A DNA stretch of 64,000 bases from assembly GCA_030390025.1 (NCBI GenBank), contig CM059433.1, forward strand, positions 18,230,001 to 18,294,000, read 5' to 3'. This stretch comes from Squalus acanthias. Its lineage: Eukaryota. Each line of letters starts with the position of its first letter. Position 1 is the stretch's first letter. The notes below the pieces were generated by a model. The model had not been told where the DNA came from. It made no database searches and worked only from the letters and a program-made list of their open reading frames with translations. The position numbers and the translations under genes were made by a program. Below, in pieces: positions 39,813 to 52,550 of the stretch.

Positions 39813-40679
39813 ATCAGAAAAATCAGTTGGTTATAGGTGCTTTGAGCCAGGTGGAATGGGATGCATTTAAATTGTCTTTTATGGGTCAAAATTCTCTCAT
39901 TGCTCCAAATCCAGGCAGTCCTCATCAGTACTGTCAGGCAGTGATTGTAATGTCTTTGTATCTTTCGGTTGTAGCTAATATTCAGCCTTTAGCTGACAGA
40001 GAGGCCTTCAAAGCAACTATCTGTTTGTGAAATGATTTGAGTATATATAAAAAAACCAGCATATTTTGTTTGTTAGCAATTCGAGTTGTCTTGTGATGCA
40101 CACGGATAAATTGGGCTCCATACACTTAAGTTTCCGTAATTCTTACAAGACTAACAAGATTGTTTCCTTCTGAGAAGTACTGTATATCAAGCTCCGCAAG
40201 AAGAGGAGGAACTTGTCTGACTTGTTTTTGATTCATCCCATGGAATTTGCCTTCTGACTTCTCAGTACGATATTGGATGATTCAGTGTATCACTTCCACT
40301 GCTTGCTTTGTCACTAATTCTATTCATGAATAAACCTGTTGGACCGTTTCATATTGCTAAGAAGTGTGTCTGATGTTACCTGTCTTCTGAAGTGAAATGT
40401 GTTCAGTGGAATCCAACATACTATCCAATAGCAATTCTACAATAAAGTGGAGGATTGTTTGCCATGCAACACACTATTTCCCATATATTAACTGCATAAG
40501 GTTAAGATTTTTGATCGTATGGGAGTGCAAACTCACCAATGAAAGTTGTTTTTTGTGCTGGGAATCAACGCGATTGTTAGCACAAGTCTAAATTGTAACC
40601 GTGGTGTCACTGGTTGTGGTGTGTGGTGCTCGCTTGGTTTCACACACAAGAATACGAGTAAGCTCAAGTAAGAGAGACT

Positions 40680-41450
40680 GGGGGAAAAATTCAGCTGCTT
40701 GCGCCTCCCGTTAGCGCCTTAAGAGGGCGCTAATGGGGCGTAAAGCAGCTAACGCCCGGGCGCAGCGCCGCCCACGCCTCCCGAAAAATTCAGCGGGAGG
40801 TTAGTGGCGGCGCCAGCCGGTAGCGCCCTGTGGCGCTGCGCCGCCGGCGATGACGTCATCGCCGTGCGCAGCACCCCGCTCGCGCTCCAGCCGCGATCTT
40901 CAGTCGCGCCCCCTGATTTACCGCCAGACGCTATGTCCGACGGGTTCAGGGAGGCGTACGTGCGGCCGGGGCGGCGATATTTAAAGGGGAGGTGGCAGGC
41001 GGCCATTTTTGTTGCTGGCCGCCTGCCAGCACCTGCCCCCGTTGCTGTCCCCGGCCCCCGTGAAGCCCCCCCACCGTGAAGTGCTGGCTGCGCTCCAAGA
41101 GCCCGGCACTTCTCGAGTGCCGGGCTCTTTTGCCGGCACTCCCGATCCCTGGGGGCCCAGCTGGGCCCCGGTTCGCGCTGCGCAGGGTCCCTCCCCTTTA
41201 AGAAGGGGAGGAAGGCCTGCAATACCGCGGCGCGACGTGCCGCAGCGCGTGGCGCTGCGGCACGTAGCGCCAGGATATTCCCTCGCAGCGCCCCAAGAGG
41301 GATGCGGGGTGCTTCCAGTGGCGCCCCGCTTCCCTCTTGGGGCGCAACCACTGAAGTTCCGGCGCGGGGCCGCTAATTTTTTCGGGGCGCTAAAAGTCGC
41401 GCCCCGGCGAGGTTAGCGCCCCAAATGGGGCGCGACTCAATTTTTACCCC
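40680..41450. mobile_element. CpG-rich MITE family D
   Basis: TIRs GGGGGAAAAATTCAG / CTCAATTTTTACCCC; subterminal TTAGCGCC..GGCGCTAA palindromes; sharp GC boundaries. Confidence 0.65.
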
Positions 41451-42189
41451 TTTGTGTCTGGGTGGCTCCTGCGTTCCAGTCATTTTTTTCACTCTTTGCC
41501 CCTCTTTTCTTTTATTTGGAACAACACGATGGTACCCAAATTATATTTTCCAAACTCGCAATTGTGTTCATTATTAAAACCACATCAACTTTGACTGTGG
41601 TTCTAACTTGTGTCAGAAGTTTAAAAAATTTTTTTTTCCCGCTTTCTTCTATGCGGCACTAAAATTGGTCATGTTACCATTTTGGGCCTGCATGCCATAT
41701 GTTTACCATCACTGTTCTAAAGTAAATGAGGTTCACCTTGTACACAGTGAAGACTGTTGTCATACTGTGTTGCAGATGTGTGTGTGTGTGTGTGGTTACT
41801 TTTCTATTATAATGTTTTGACTAGGAGTTGACAGACTATTTACAGAAAGTGGCTGGAAATTTCTGTTTTTCCCTTCCATTATTGGTGGTCTGCTTTGGAG
41901 AAGGGTTTACATCGAACGCGCAGCAGAATAGTGGTGTATGTATCAGTTTTCCCCAAATGCCGCAGCTGTGGGATGCATCTGTGTCTGTTGGCAGTGTTGA
42001 TCATGATGTGTCAAGTAATCTTATTTCATCAGTCTTCGTATTCAGTTTGAAAAATGCACTCTGGTGTCTGAGCACTCCCAGTTGTGGTATTTTGTTGGAT
42101 CATGGAAATTCTTCAATTTGCAACATGTTTTGTGTGAGGTTTTCTCTGCCACTGAGCACCCCTTCTCTTCTCTTCCCCCGCCCCCCCTC

Positions 42190-42445
42190 TCTCTCGCCCA
42201 ACGTAGCCCATCATCGGCAGATGTGCCTTCAGCTGCCTGGGTCCCACTATCTGAAATTCTCTCCATAACCCTCTCCGCTTCTCTACCTTGCTTGCTTCCT
42301 TTAAGAATTTCCTTAAAACCCACATCTTTGACTAAACGTTTGGTCACCTAATCTTCCTTGACTTGGTGTCTATTTCCCTCCCACCTCTGTGAAGTGCTTT
42401 GATATTTTTCTATATTAAAGGTACTATATAAATGCAAGTTGTTAG
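42190..42445 (+). mobile_element. L2 LINE 3' end
   Basis: CCTTCAGCTG...CTTAAAACCCACATCTTTGAC...TGTGAAGTGCTTT...ACTATATAAATGCAAGTTGTT; tail shared with the SINEs. Confidence 0.65.
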
Positions 42446-42969
42446 ATTTCAAGACAAAATTTTGTTTCAGCACCTGATTGGTTGACTTTTGGTCAACATA
42501 AACTGTTGTCCGTGTAAATCAAAAGTATCGTTGATTCAAAGGGATGTCCAGTAACGGATGCAGTGTGGAGCAGATGTCTTAACCTCGCACTGTGTTCATT
42601 TTTGCAGTTAAGCACAGTGCAGTTTGAGGTCATCCTCCAAAACACATGGCCATTTACTTCTACTCGTGTTTCTGATGTGCTGTTCAGCCTCATCCTTGTT
42701 CGATAATATCCTTTGGTATGTAAAATGTAATCTTGCCTCTCAGGCCTGCTGTCTTATCTGTATGCATGTGTGTGTGTGAATGTTTGTGTGTGCATGTCTG
42801 TTTGTACTGGAAACCAATAATTTGACTCGAGTACTGCATCAGTCGTGGTTATCACTTCTTTCTTCTCCCCGTCCCAATTAGTGGATCTTTTCCGGTCCGT
42901 CATTTTCGTATGTATGTTCGTAACTGCTTTAAGAATCTGGAGCTGAAAATCGTGGCCCTTCTCGTGGAC

Positions 42970-43290
42970 TCAGAGTCCAGAACCAGGGGTCATAATCTAA
43001 GGATAAGGGGTCAGCCATTTAGGACAGAAATAAGGAAGAATTTCTTCACCCAGAGAGTGGTGAACCTGTGGAATTCTCTACCACAGAAGGTAGTTGAGGC
43101 CAAGTCATTAAATATATTCAAGAATGAGTTAGAGATATTTCTTAAAGCTAAAAGTATCAAGGGATATGGGGAGAAGGCAGGTACAGGGTACTGGGTTTGG
43201 ATGATCAGCCATGATCTCATCGAATGGCGGAGCAGGCTCGAGGGGCCGAATGGCCTATTCCTGCTCCTATCTTCTATGTTTCTATGTTTC
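42970..43290 (+). mobile_element. CR1 3' fragment
   Basis: SRTRGHNLRIRG...NFFTQRVVNLWNSLP; TTCTATGT tail. Confidence 0.9.
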
Positions 43291-44779
43291 ACCAGTAACT
43301 CTGGAAACTGGGCCAGAAACTTAGATGCGTTTGTCAGGTCTCCACCCTGTTGTATATCGCATGCATCTCCAATGACATTTTAAACGGGGGCAGGAAGTTC
43401 CTGTCTTGGCAGGAGCTTTATTATAATGACAACTGGATGGCATTCTTCTGTCCTGCACCCTAATTTTTGACATGCAAGACACCAGATATAAATCATGCCC
43501 ATATGTCGAAGGTTGCTAAAGGATCAAGTGTGGATGGAAGTCCATTTAAAGGAAATAGTAAGAAAATTCCGTTAGCTGGGCTAAGTACACTTCTTGATAT
43601 TTTTTTTTTCTTAAATAAATTCTGCTGCTCTCACTTCGGCCTTCACGAGTGTTTGCGGTAATTGCTCTGCTGCTTTTATTTTCCTACAGAGTCGTCGCCA
43701 CCAATGGATTTCCCAATGGGGAAACTGAGTTTTTTTGGAAGGGAAATACCAGTGGAAGGATGCCAGACAGATGGGTTGGGCTGCACCCAGAGGTGTTCCG
43801 TGCCCACTTGCTGGTACCCTTGCGCCCCCCAGAGGTGTATGTACTTCACATTGGCGTAGGATTAGTGTGTATAGAGGCTGCAGCTCCCAAGGCAGGTGTG
43901 GTAGTAGACCCAATCGCAGGTGCATCCTGACACATATGCTGTAATCCCTCCCCCACTGCCACAGATTTTTGGCCACATAATATATTAAGTTCTAAAAAGA
44001 ATTATGAACGTTTAGAATGCAACTCATGTAGCTTGAAAATTGACATTTGTGTCCATTGTGCCTTGTAAACTGATGCACACTGTGCATAATGACTTGGGGG
44101 GGGAAAAAAGGGGCAGAGACCCATTAGGATGCATGAAGGCCTGACTATTATGCTAGATGGTTCATAGGAAGCACCATAATCAGATTGTCGAGCTTCCATC
44201 ATGTAAGAAGGCAAGCCGGAGTGATCAACAGCCAACGTGGCCTGATTAGCCACACCCACCAACCATATCTTGACATTTTTGCACCTACCTGGCAAAGGCC
44301 ATGGGAAACTGCCTTCAGTCTGGGTCAGTAGAGAGCCCGATTCACACTGCGTTAACTGCTCCAAGGCATTCTTGGCTAATGTGCAGCATCGGGGTAGCAT
44401 CGCCAGTTAAACCAATGGTCAGTCGTCGACTCCAGTTCCGCCCAGGCATGTTGCATTGCTGATCTGTAGGGATGGTGGTGTACAATAGCAAGCAGGGCCA
44501 CTCTCTTTGTAACCACCTCATGGAGCCACGGAATGGGATCAGGTGGTGGCCTCCTCTGTCACTTGCCTACAGACTCATGCACCTTGGGTTTTCTTACCAT
44601 TTGCTTTTGCTAGTTGCATCTTGACCCTTTTCCCCCATCAGTTTTGGCAAAGGCTGCCAATGGGTTGAGATGCCCTTTAAGCCTTTTCCAGAGGCTTTAA
44701 AAGAAATGTTGTCCTCCTGTTTTGCCACTTCACTTAATTGTTTGCATCCTTTTAATTTTTACCTGCACCACAATTTCCA

Positions 44780-45055
44780 CTCGCCCATTTAAGACGGCGA
44801 TGAGGAGGAATTTCTTCTCTGAGGGTCGTGAATCTTTGGAACTCTCTACCCCAGAGAGCTGTGGAGGCGGAGTCATTGAATATATTCAAGGCGGAGATTG
44901 ACAGACATTTGAACTACAAGGGAGTCGAGGGGTATGGGGAGAGAGCGGGAAAGTGGTGTTGAGGCCAAGATTGGATCAGCCCATGATCTTATTGAATGGC
45001 GGAGCAGGCTCGAGGGGCCAATTGGCCTACTCCTGCTCCTGTTTCTTATGTTCTC
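44780..45055 (+). mobile_element. CR1 3' fragment followed by an L2 3' end (tail to about 45175)
   Basis: CR1 3'UTR followed by L2 tail TGTGAAGTGCC...GCTATAGAAATGCAAGTT. Confidence 0.8.
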
Positions 45056-45889
45056 TCATTACCTGCCCTAATGCCTCCTCTGGCTCAGTGACCATTTTTG
45101 TCTGATTATGTGCCTGTGAAGTGCCTCGGGATATTTTACTGTGTTAAAGGTGCTATAGAAATGCAAGTTATTGTATGTTTGTTCCCCAGTCTGTGCCAAG
45201 CTGGGGTGCTAGGAGTGTTAATGTTCTAGATTCCTGGGCTAGGAAGGGGTATTTTGGCCAAGATTCCCAATTCTATTCACTAGCCAGTGACTGCTGCCGG
45301 AAGAGTGTGTGTGACATCCATCCACCCACCTACGTACATGTATATCTGCTGTGGACAGGATTGAGTTTCCTTGTTGCTCTCCATTGTTAAAGACACTCAA
45401 CATTCACTCTTGAGGCTTACAGATGAGTAATAGGGTTGCCAACCCGACCGGATTGCCTGGGAGATGCCTGGACTTGGGGCTTGGTTCTCACGGGGACTGC
45501 AGCCCAAGACATCTTTGTACTTTAAATTCCCTGCCCCAGTAGCAACCCCCCCACCCCCCGCAGCTCCGTGATGTTACCGGCTACAGCCGCAGAGTGCCGA
45601 GACCGGCTGGTGTGCCAGGAACAGGAGAGAGACTCTGCAATGGGGGTCAGGGGAGAGGAGTTGGTTGGGAATAGGGGTTGAGGGAGGGGAGGTTGGGGAA
45701 TAGGAGTTGAGGGAAGGGAGGTCGGGGAGGAGGGGTTGAGGGGGGGCGGTCGGGGAGGTCAGGAGGGGAGAGAAGGAGCAGGGTCGGGAGGTCAGGAGGG
45801 GGAGACTGCGAAAAGGCGACTGATAATACGAGGGGAGAGGGAGACTGGGGAGTCTGGGAAAAGCAGTTGGGGAGAGGGGGTCGTGGATA

Positions 45890-46622
45890 AGGGGAGTGGG
45901 GAAAGGGTCGGGAATAAGGGGAGACTGGGCAAAGGGGGCCGGGGATAAGGGGAGTGGGGAAAGGGGGTCGGGGATAAGGGGAGTGGGCAAAGGGGGTTGG
46001 GGATAAGGGGAGACTGGGCAAAGGGGGTCGGGGATAAGGGGAGACTGGGCAAAGGGGGTCGGGGATAAGGGGAGACTGGGCAAAGGGGGTCGGGGATAAG
46101 GGGAGACTGGGCAAAGGGGGTCGGGGATAAGGGGAGACTGGGCAAAGGGGGTCGGGGATAAGGGGAGACTGGGCAAAGGGGGTCGGGGATAAGGGGAGAC
46201 TGGGCAAAGGGGGTCGGGGATAAGGGGAGACTGGGCAAAGGGGGTCGGGGATAAGGGGAGACTGGGCAAAGGGGGTCGGGGATAAGGGGAGACTGGGCAA
46301 AGGGGGTCGGGGATAAGGGGAGACTGGGCAAAGGGGGTCGGGGATAAGGGAGACTGGGCAAAGGGGGTCGGGGATAAGGGGAGACTGGGCAAAGGGGGTC
46401 GGGGATAAGGGGAGACTGGGCAAAGGGGGTCGGGGATAAGGAGACTGGGCAAAGGGGGTCGGGGATAAGGAGACTGGGCAAAGGGGGTCGGGGATAAGGG
46501 GAGAGTGGGCAAAGGGGGTCGGGGATAAGGGGAGACTGGGCAAAGGGGGTCGGGGATAAGGGGAGACTGGGCAAAGGGGTTGGGGATAAAGGAGACTGGG
46601 CAAAGGGGGTCGGGGATAAAGG
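45890..46622 (+). repeat. G-rich 31-bp minisatellite, about 23 copies
   Basis: Unit GGGGATAAGGGGAGACTGGGCAAAGGGGGTC. Confidence 0.95.
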
Positions 46623-46914
46623 AGAGAGCAGGAGACTGCGGGTCAAGGTGATTGGGACTTGAGTAGGCAGGAGAGGGGGAGACGGGCTCAAGGGGGAAGA
46701 GAGGGAGACTGGGGAATGGGGTAGGGGTGCGTGGGGCCCAGCATGTCCTACAGAGCCGGGAGCCACAGCAGCAGCCACGTGGTGAGTGGGAGCAGCACCA
46801 TGAGAGGAGCAGCCAGTAAAGGTGGGACTAAAATCGGGGGACTTTACTTGGGGTAAATAGTGAAAGATTGTTTCCACTGGTGCGTTAATAAGGCGAAAAA
46901 AAAGGACGCAGACC

Positions 46915-47168
46915 AAGGATTCTCACTGAAAGAACCAAGGGGGGGGGAGGAAGAACGAAGTTTCTCGAACGGAGGGCTATTAGACCATGGGATGCTTCAC
47001 CAGGTGACGATTGAGGCAGAGACTAGAACGTCATTTAAAAGAGAATGGGACAAATATTTTAAAAGGAGGAATATAAAAGTATCTGGGAGGGGGAATGGGG
47101 ATACACGAGAGAGCGCCGGCACGGGGGGCCGAATGGCCTCCTCCTGTGCTGTAATTTCTATAATTTTA
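46915..47168 (+). mobile_element. Old CR1 3' end inside the hAT element
   Basis: GGGCCGAATGGCCTCCTCCTGTGCTGTAATTTCTAT tail. Confidence 0.65.
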
Positions 47169-48846
47169 TGTAAAGTCTTGTTTATTGAGTATTGAATATG
47201 TGTGAAGTCCAAGTAGAGATCGGTTGTGACTGAGGCTCCCAGTTCAGAGTTTTCACCTTCACACACAACCAGAGTCCAAACCAGAGTTCAAGGAGATAGA
47301 GAGAAAGATTAGGCCTATTGAACATGGCATCGACTGGAGTGCCTGACCGCACCTTGTGCAATGCATGGGGATTCAAGCTGTAGTTACAGGATGAATATCA
47401 GTGGGTTATAGGATTACTTCTAGTTACAGGTAGGATATCCGGGCATTACACCCATTACTACTAGTCACATATAGATTATCAGTGAGTTATTGTATTATTG
47501 TTGCTTATGAGGGGAATCTGAGTGTTAGCAGTATTGCATTAGTTATCAGTGCAGTTACTATTAGTTACTGGTGGAATTAAAGTTCTTTGGTTTCCTCCCC
47601 CTGTAAATTGCTCCCTCTCTTTGGGTTTCCCCTGCGCACAAGTGGCCTCCTGGTTCTCTGAACTTCTCGTACAACAGCTGCTGGCGTGAAGCCACGAGCA
47701 GAGATACTCAACTCCAGGGGAGCCAACCTCTCAGAAGGTAAATGCAATAACAGTTGCAGATGCCGTAGGGTCAGACTGCCACGCGGTCAAACCTCCAGGA
47801 ATGCCTCCAACCAGAGTTTGCAACCCTAATGAGTGATGACTGCTCGGACAAGGTATAAGTGGCACCGGGTTCATGGGGAACCGTGCTCCTCAAAGAAGAT
47901 GACCCCTTCAGGAGGTGACGGTAAAAGAAATTGACACGGTGGGGCGGGGGAGAAGCCAGCCAACTCTTTTATTTCTGTCCGGCGATCTCTTGGGATTGAA
48001 ACGAGATTTTATTTGTGTGTGTGTGTGTGGGGGGGGGGGAGGGAGCAGCATAGCTTTGAATGGATCTGTTTATTCATTGCAACAGCCTACTTGAGGCCCA
48101 GCAATGTCTCGGCAAATGGAATGGGAAAAAAAGGTTAATTACTGACTGAGGGGTTTGAAGTGGCTGCATCTTAAGGATTTCTTTACAAATGTATAAAGAA
48201 TAATGCTGCAAGATTTGTACTAGCTTGTTCAGACGATGCACTGACCTGTTTCTCATGACAACCTTTCTTTACTGCTTGTAAGCACAACTTTTAAGTTTGG
48301 CATTTTACTGTGCTGAGTTGGCCTGGAGTCGAATGTTTAAAATGATTTTTAGTACATATGAATACTTTGCACTGCACATATTGAAAAGGCAGTATGCATA
48401 AGTGTACATTTGCTGACTTTTGTTGCTTGTTAATGAATTAGGCTGTTTTTCCGAGGTTCTGTATAATGAAAACACACTCTCTTCAAAGTAAAGTTGATCT
48501 CCTATCTGTCTGTAAGCATACCCTAATCCTCAGCCTAGCTCTGTTACTGTCCATGCCAGTGCAGATGCAAGGGAATGTTCAGAGAAAACTCAGTGATAGC
48601 ATGCAGTTATCCCGAGTGGGCCTGTACAATGTAAAGGTATTGCACAGCCTGTTCACCAGTCACATGCCACATACAATTCTGCTCAGAGTTGCATTCCATA
48701 CATGTCATGCATCAGCTGTGGCCTGATTGATCTGGCCTCGTAGAAGTGATCTCCTGCATATAAGAATCTTGATTGGTTACATTTCAGTCCTCCGGTTATG
48801 ATTGCAAAACATGGTCTAACATGTTGTTGAAGTTTTGCAAGATAAT

Positions 48847-49580
48847 GGCCCATAATTTCCGATCGGAGGCTTCCCGCATGCGGATGCCTCCTATCGGAAA
48901 AAAATCGACGCCCTTACCCGAGGGCTCCCGAGGTCCAGACACTTCCGCTCCTGGGCCTGTCAACAGTTGAAATGCGCAGGGCCCACGTATCCCAGGGGCA
49001 CATGCAGTTCGCAAGCGTCCCTGGGATCACGTGGGCCAGGCCAATGAAAGAAGGGAATCCCGCTTCATACTTTTGACAGATAGACCTGTCAAAAGTATGA
49101 ATGGGTATCACTGGAAAAAAGACATCAAAACATTAAATACATTTTTTTAAAACATCAGTTAAAATTACATTAAATTAAATATTTTAAACAAAAATTAAAT
49201 TTTTTGAAAAAAATAATTAGTTTTTTATGGGGCTAAAAATAAACTTAAAAAATAATATTTTTAAATCATGAGTGGATAAATTTTTTTTTAAACTTTTTTT
49301 AAACTCTTATGCTGGTAAAAGCAGGCCTTTCGCAGGCTTTTACCAGGCATAAGATTTCTAAGGGTTTTCAGCGGGCAGAGGTTCTGCAGAAAGCGGAACT
49401 CTCCACCCGCAGAGGCCCTTCTCTCGGGCAGGCGTCCGATCTGTTAAGAGGATTCTTGACAGATCGGAAATGCTGGTTTTCAGTGCATGCGCTTCGCATG
49501 CCTGAAACTGGCATTTCCGATATCCCTACAGGTTGTGTACACAGCTCGTACACACCCGTAGGCATCGGAAAATACGGGCC
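48847..49580. mobile_element. MITE family A, second full copy
   Basis: Colinear with 104-817; same TIRs; flanks AAT / ATT. Confidence 0.85.
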
Positions 49581-49625
49581 ATTAACTTGAATTTACTGAA
49601 AGTTCATGATTTTAAATAAAAAAGC

Positions 49626-50025
49626 TCGCCTGATGGCTTGGTTGGTTAAAGCACAACTTCATGTGAGACAAGCCATGCAGATCAGGAGATTCCCAGCTCC
49701 AATCCCTATTCTGTGCTGAGCTAGCTGATCGCGTTGATGTGGTAAGCACGTGCCATTTTGCCTCGGGGCCCCTGCGGTAGGGAGGGGAGTGTCAGTCAGG
49801 GTTCAGATTCCATGGTTGCTGTCCAGTGACTTCTGCTGGAAAGTGCACGGATGGATGTCCGACAAGGGCGAGATCAGGCTCGGCTGTGATTGCCCCATGA
49901 ACGATAGGCAGCTGACACTCAAAAGTCTAGACCAGCACATGAAAAAATGGCTCTTTGGCCAAAGGTAACCAGCGCTCATGAAGTATCATGCAGTCTGAGT
50001 CAGCACCCTAAAACAAGGAGGGCGA
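49626..50025 (+). mobile_element. Old tRNA-SINE-like repeat, second SINE family
   Basis: A-box-like TGGCTTGGTTGG; shares the CCAGTGAC..CTGG.AGTG core with 45190-45430 and 61190-61390. Confidence 0.5.
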
Positions 50026-50255
50026 AAAATACTGTGTGATTATTAAATGGTATTAAAAATGTCGGGATCCTTATCATGATCTGGTAATGTGTTACATTGG
50101 AGCACCACCATCTGTGGTGAGGAATTGTACAATGGGAATTAGGCCTGTGATTCTCCAAATGTGGAAAGTACCTGACCTTGACCAGTGAGATACTGCTTGA
50201 CAATGAGCAGTGGGGAACTTGCGAAACTGAGTCAAGTGTGGTTGCTATAGTGCAG

Positions 50256-50921
50256 ACCATTGACCAGAAACTTAACTGGACCAGCCACATAAATACTGTG
50301 GCAACAAGAGCAGGTCAGAGGCTGGTTATTCTGCGGTGCGTGTCTCACCTCCTGACTCCCCAAAGCCTTTCCACCATCTACAAGGCACAAGTAAGGAGTG
50401 TGATGGAATACTCGCCACTTGCCTGGATGAGTGCAGCTCCAACAACACTCGAGAAGCTCAACACCATCCAGGACAAAGCAGCCCGCTTGATTGGCACCCC
50501 ATCCACCACCTTAAACATTCACTCCCTCCACCACCGGCGCACCGTGGCTGCAGTGTGTGCCATCTACAAGATGCACTGCAGCAACTTGCCAAGGCTTCTT
50601 CGGCAGTACCTCCCAAACCCGTGACCTCTTCCACCTAGAAGGACAAGGGCAGCAGGCGCATGGAAACACCACCACCTCCAAGTTCCCCTTCAAGTCACAC
50701 ACCATCCTGACTTAGAAGTATATTGCCGATCCTTCATCGTCACTGGGTCAAAATCCTGGAACTCCCTACCTAACAGCACTGTGGGAGTACCTTCACCACA
50801 CGGACTGCAGCGGTTCAAGAAGGCAGCTCACCATCACCTTCTCAAGGGCAATTAGGGATGGACAATAAATGCTGGCCTTGCCAGTGACGCCCACATCCCA
50901 GAAAAATGAATTTAAAAAAAA
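50256..50921 (+). mobile_element. CR1/L2-group LINE ('MEYSPLAW' family) 3' part
   Basis: ORF 50178..50624; A-rich tail. Confidence 0.9.
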
Positions 50922-52059
50922 GACAGTCATTGGGTGAGCACTGGAAGCTGGCACCTACTTTTCTTGAAATGGTGTATGGTCTGAGATCCAGCAAACCTAA
51001 AAGGAAGAGGAAGCGGGAAACAAGAGAAGGTTCTTCAATCGAGTACTGGGATGCTCTGAAATAATTCACTGCCATCAGGAAGATGTGGTGGGTTGTCCAT
51101 TGTGTGATTTGTTTTTTTTATATCCCACTTCTCTCATGTTTGTTGCATTTATGTCGATAATAAAAATATTAAATTGGTGACTGCCTCAGTACCTACCAAT
51201 GTTGTGACATCTGAAATTTGAGTAGCATAACCGATGACTTCAAGTAGAATTGCATTGGTTAGGAGACTGACTGTGAAAAAGGCACTGTTGCTAATGCATT
51301 CACGTACTGACGATCTTTGAAACTTTCGTGTTTCATGTTGACGGTTGAAAGAAACTTATTTTTCTTACCTGCTCCTCCTTCTGTTTTATAGAATTTGGGT
51401 CCAAAAAATCAGTGGCCATTCTAGCGCACTACTGCCGTAACTCTGGTCAGAGTGTAGTGGAATAGACGCAAATTGGATAAACTGGGTCCTGACTTTGCCC
51501 TGGAATTTCTATCTGGTCTTCTAGGGACACCCGCTGCTTGCCCCAAACAAGGCCACTGATGTGTGTGGCGGTGGAAAGGGGGACTTCCTCAGCGGTTGGG
51601 TTCCTGGTTCACTAGCCTACCAGAGATCCTTTGATCTTTGGCAACTAGTAGGTCCTTGTGAGGCAAGTCGAGCTGCTAGATGCTGCACGTGGGCACCATT
51701 TTGGAAGTCAAATCCTGGGCCTTTAGGTACAAAGGAACTTTTATTTTAAATCAAAGTTTAGCCTCTTGTAAAGGGGGACAAATGCAACTTTTTGGCGGGG
51801 GAGGGGGTATAGCACTCCTTCGAACTGGCACATTTATGCCGGTATTCCGGTACCTTCAGTGGTGGGTGCCCTAGCTTTGTCCCTAGTGGTGAGTGTCTAC
51901 CAGGGGGATGCAAGGTCCCGGTGGGAAATTCAGTTTGTGGGAAGGGGGGAGGGAAGGATTGTCGTAACCAGGCCAGAGATCAGTGGGAGCTAATTTTATA
52001 TATATTTTATTTGATGATTTAGTGCTGTTTAAATTTAAATGCAGACACCTCGATTGTGT

Positions 52060-52200
52060 AATCATAGAAACATATAGCACAGAAAGAGGCCATTCGGCCC
52101 ATTGTGTCTGTGCCGACTCTTGAACAAGCTATCCAATTAGTCCCACCCCCCCCTGCTCTTTCCACATAGTCCTGCAAATTTTTCCTTTTCAAGCATTTAG
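52060..52200 (-). mobile_element. CR1 3' end
   Basis: CATAGAAACAT...GGCCATTCGGCCC (reverse CR1 tail). Confidence 0.65.
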
Positions 52201-52550
52201 CTCTATGTTGTCCCTGGTGGTGGTGGTGGGATTTTCTTTTGTATTTGGTCCTTTTAGTGATATTTTAAATCCTTCCACCACCTCACCTCCATCCTTATCT
52301 CTCTGATTTCTTTCGGTCATACACTTATCACTCCTCCAGCATTCTCGTTCTCTGCACCACTTTTGACAGCATTCTTTCAGCCACTGTTCCCCTGCCCTCT
52401 GAAGGTCCTTCCCAAAGTCCCTCTGCCTCTCCACCTACCTCTGTGCTTTGAAAAGACTCCTTAAAACCCTTCCGCGGCCTTGCCATTCTCCCCATTTCTC
52501 TCTCCTGTCAATTTTTGTTTCCCTTCATCCTCTGAGCTCTTTATATAAGG

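Larger units (their letters stand above)
45431..47828. mobile_element. Non-autonomous hAT-type DNA transposon
   Basis: TIRs TAGGGTTGCCAA / TTGCAACCCTA; 8-bp TSD ATGAGTAA (45423-45430) / ATGAGTGA (47829-47836). Confidence 0.75.

Noticed and set aside
40749..41416. Ala/Arg/Pro-rich ORFs in the GC block
   Set aside because: Open in several frames because of high GC; bounded by TIRs; no recognisable domain.
43690..43800. Possible second exon after ttttcctacag
   Set aside because: No strong donor nearby and no recognisable peptide.
45574..46916. 312-374 aa proline-rich ORFs
   Set aside because: Translations of the C-rich strand of the 31-bp minisatellite.
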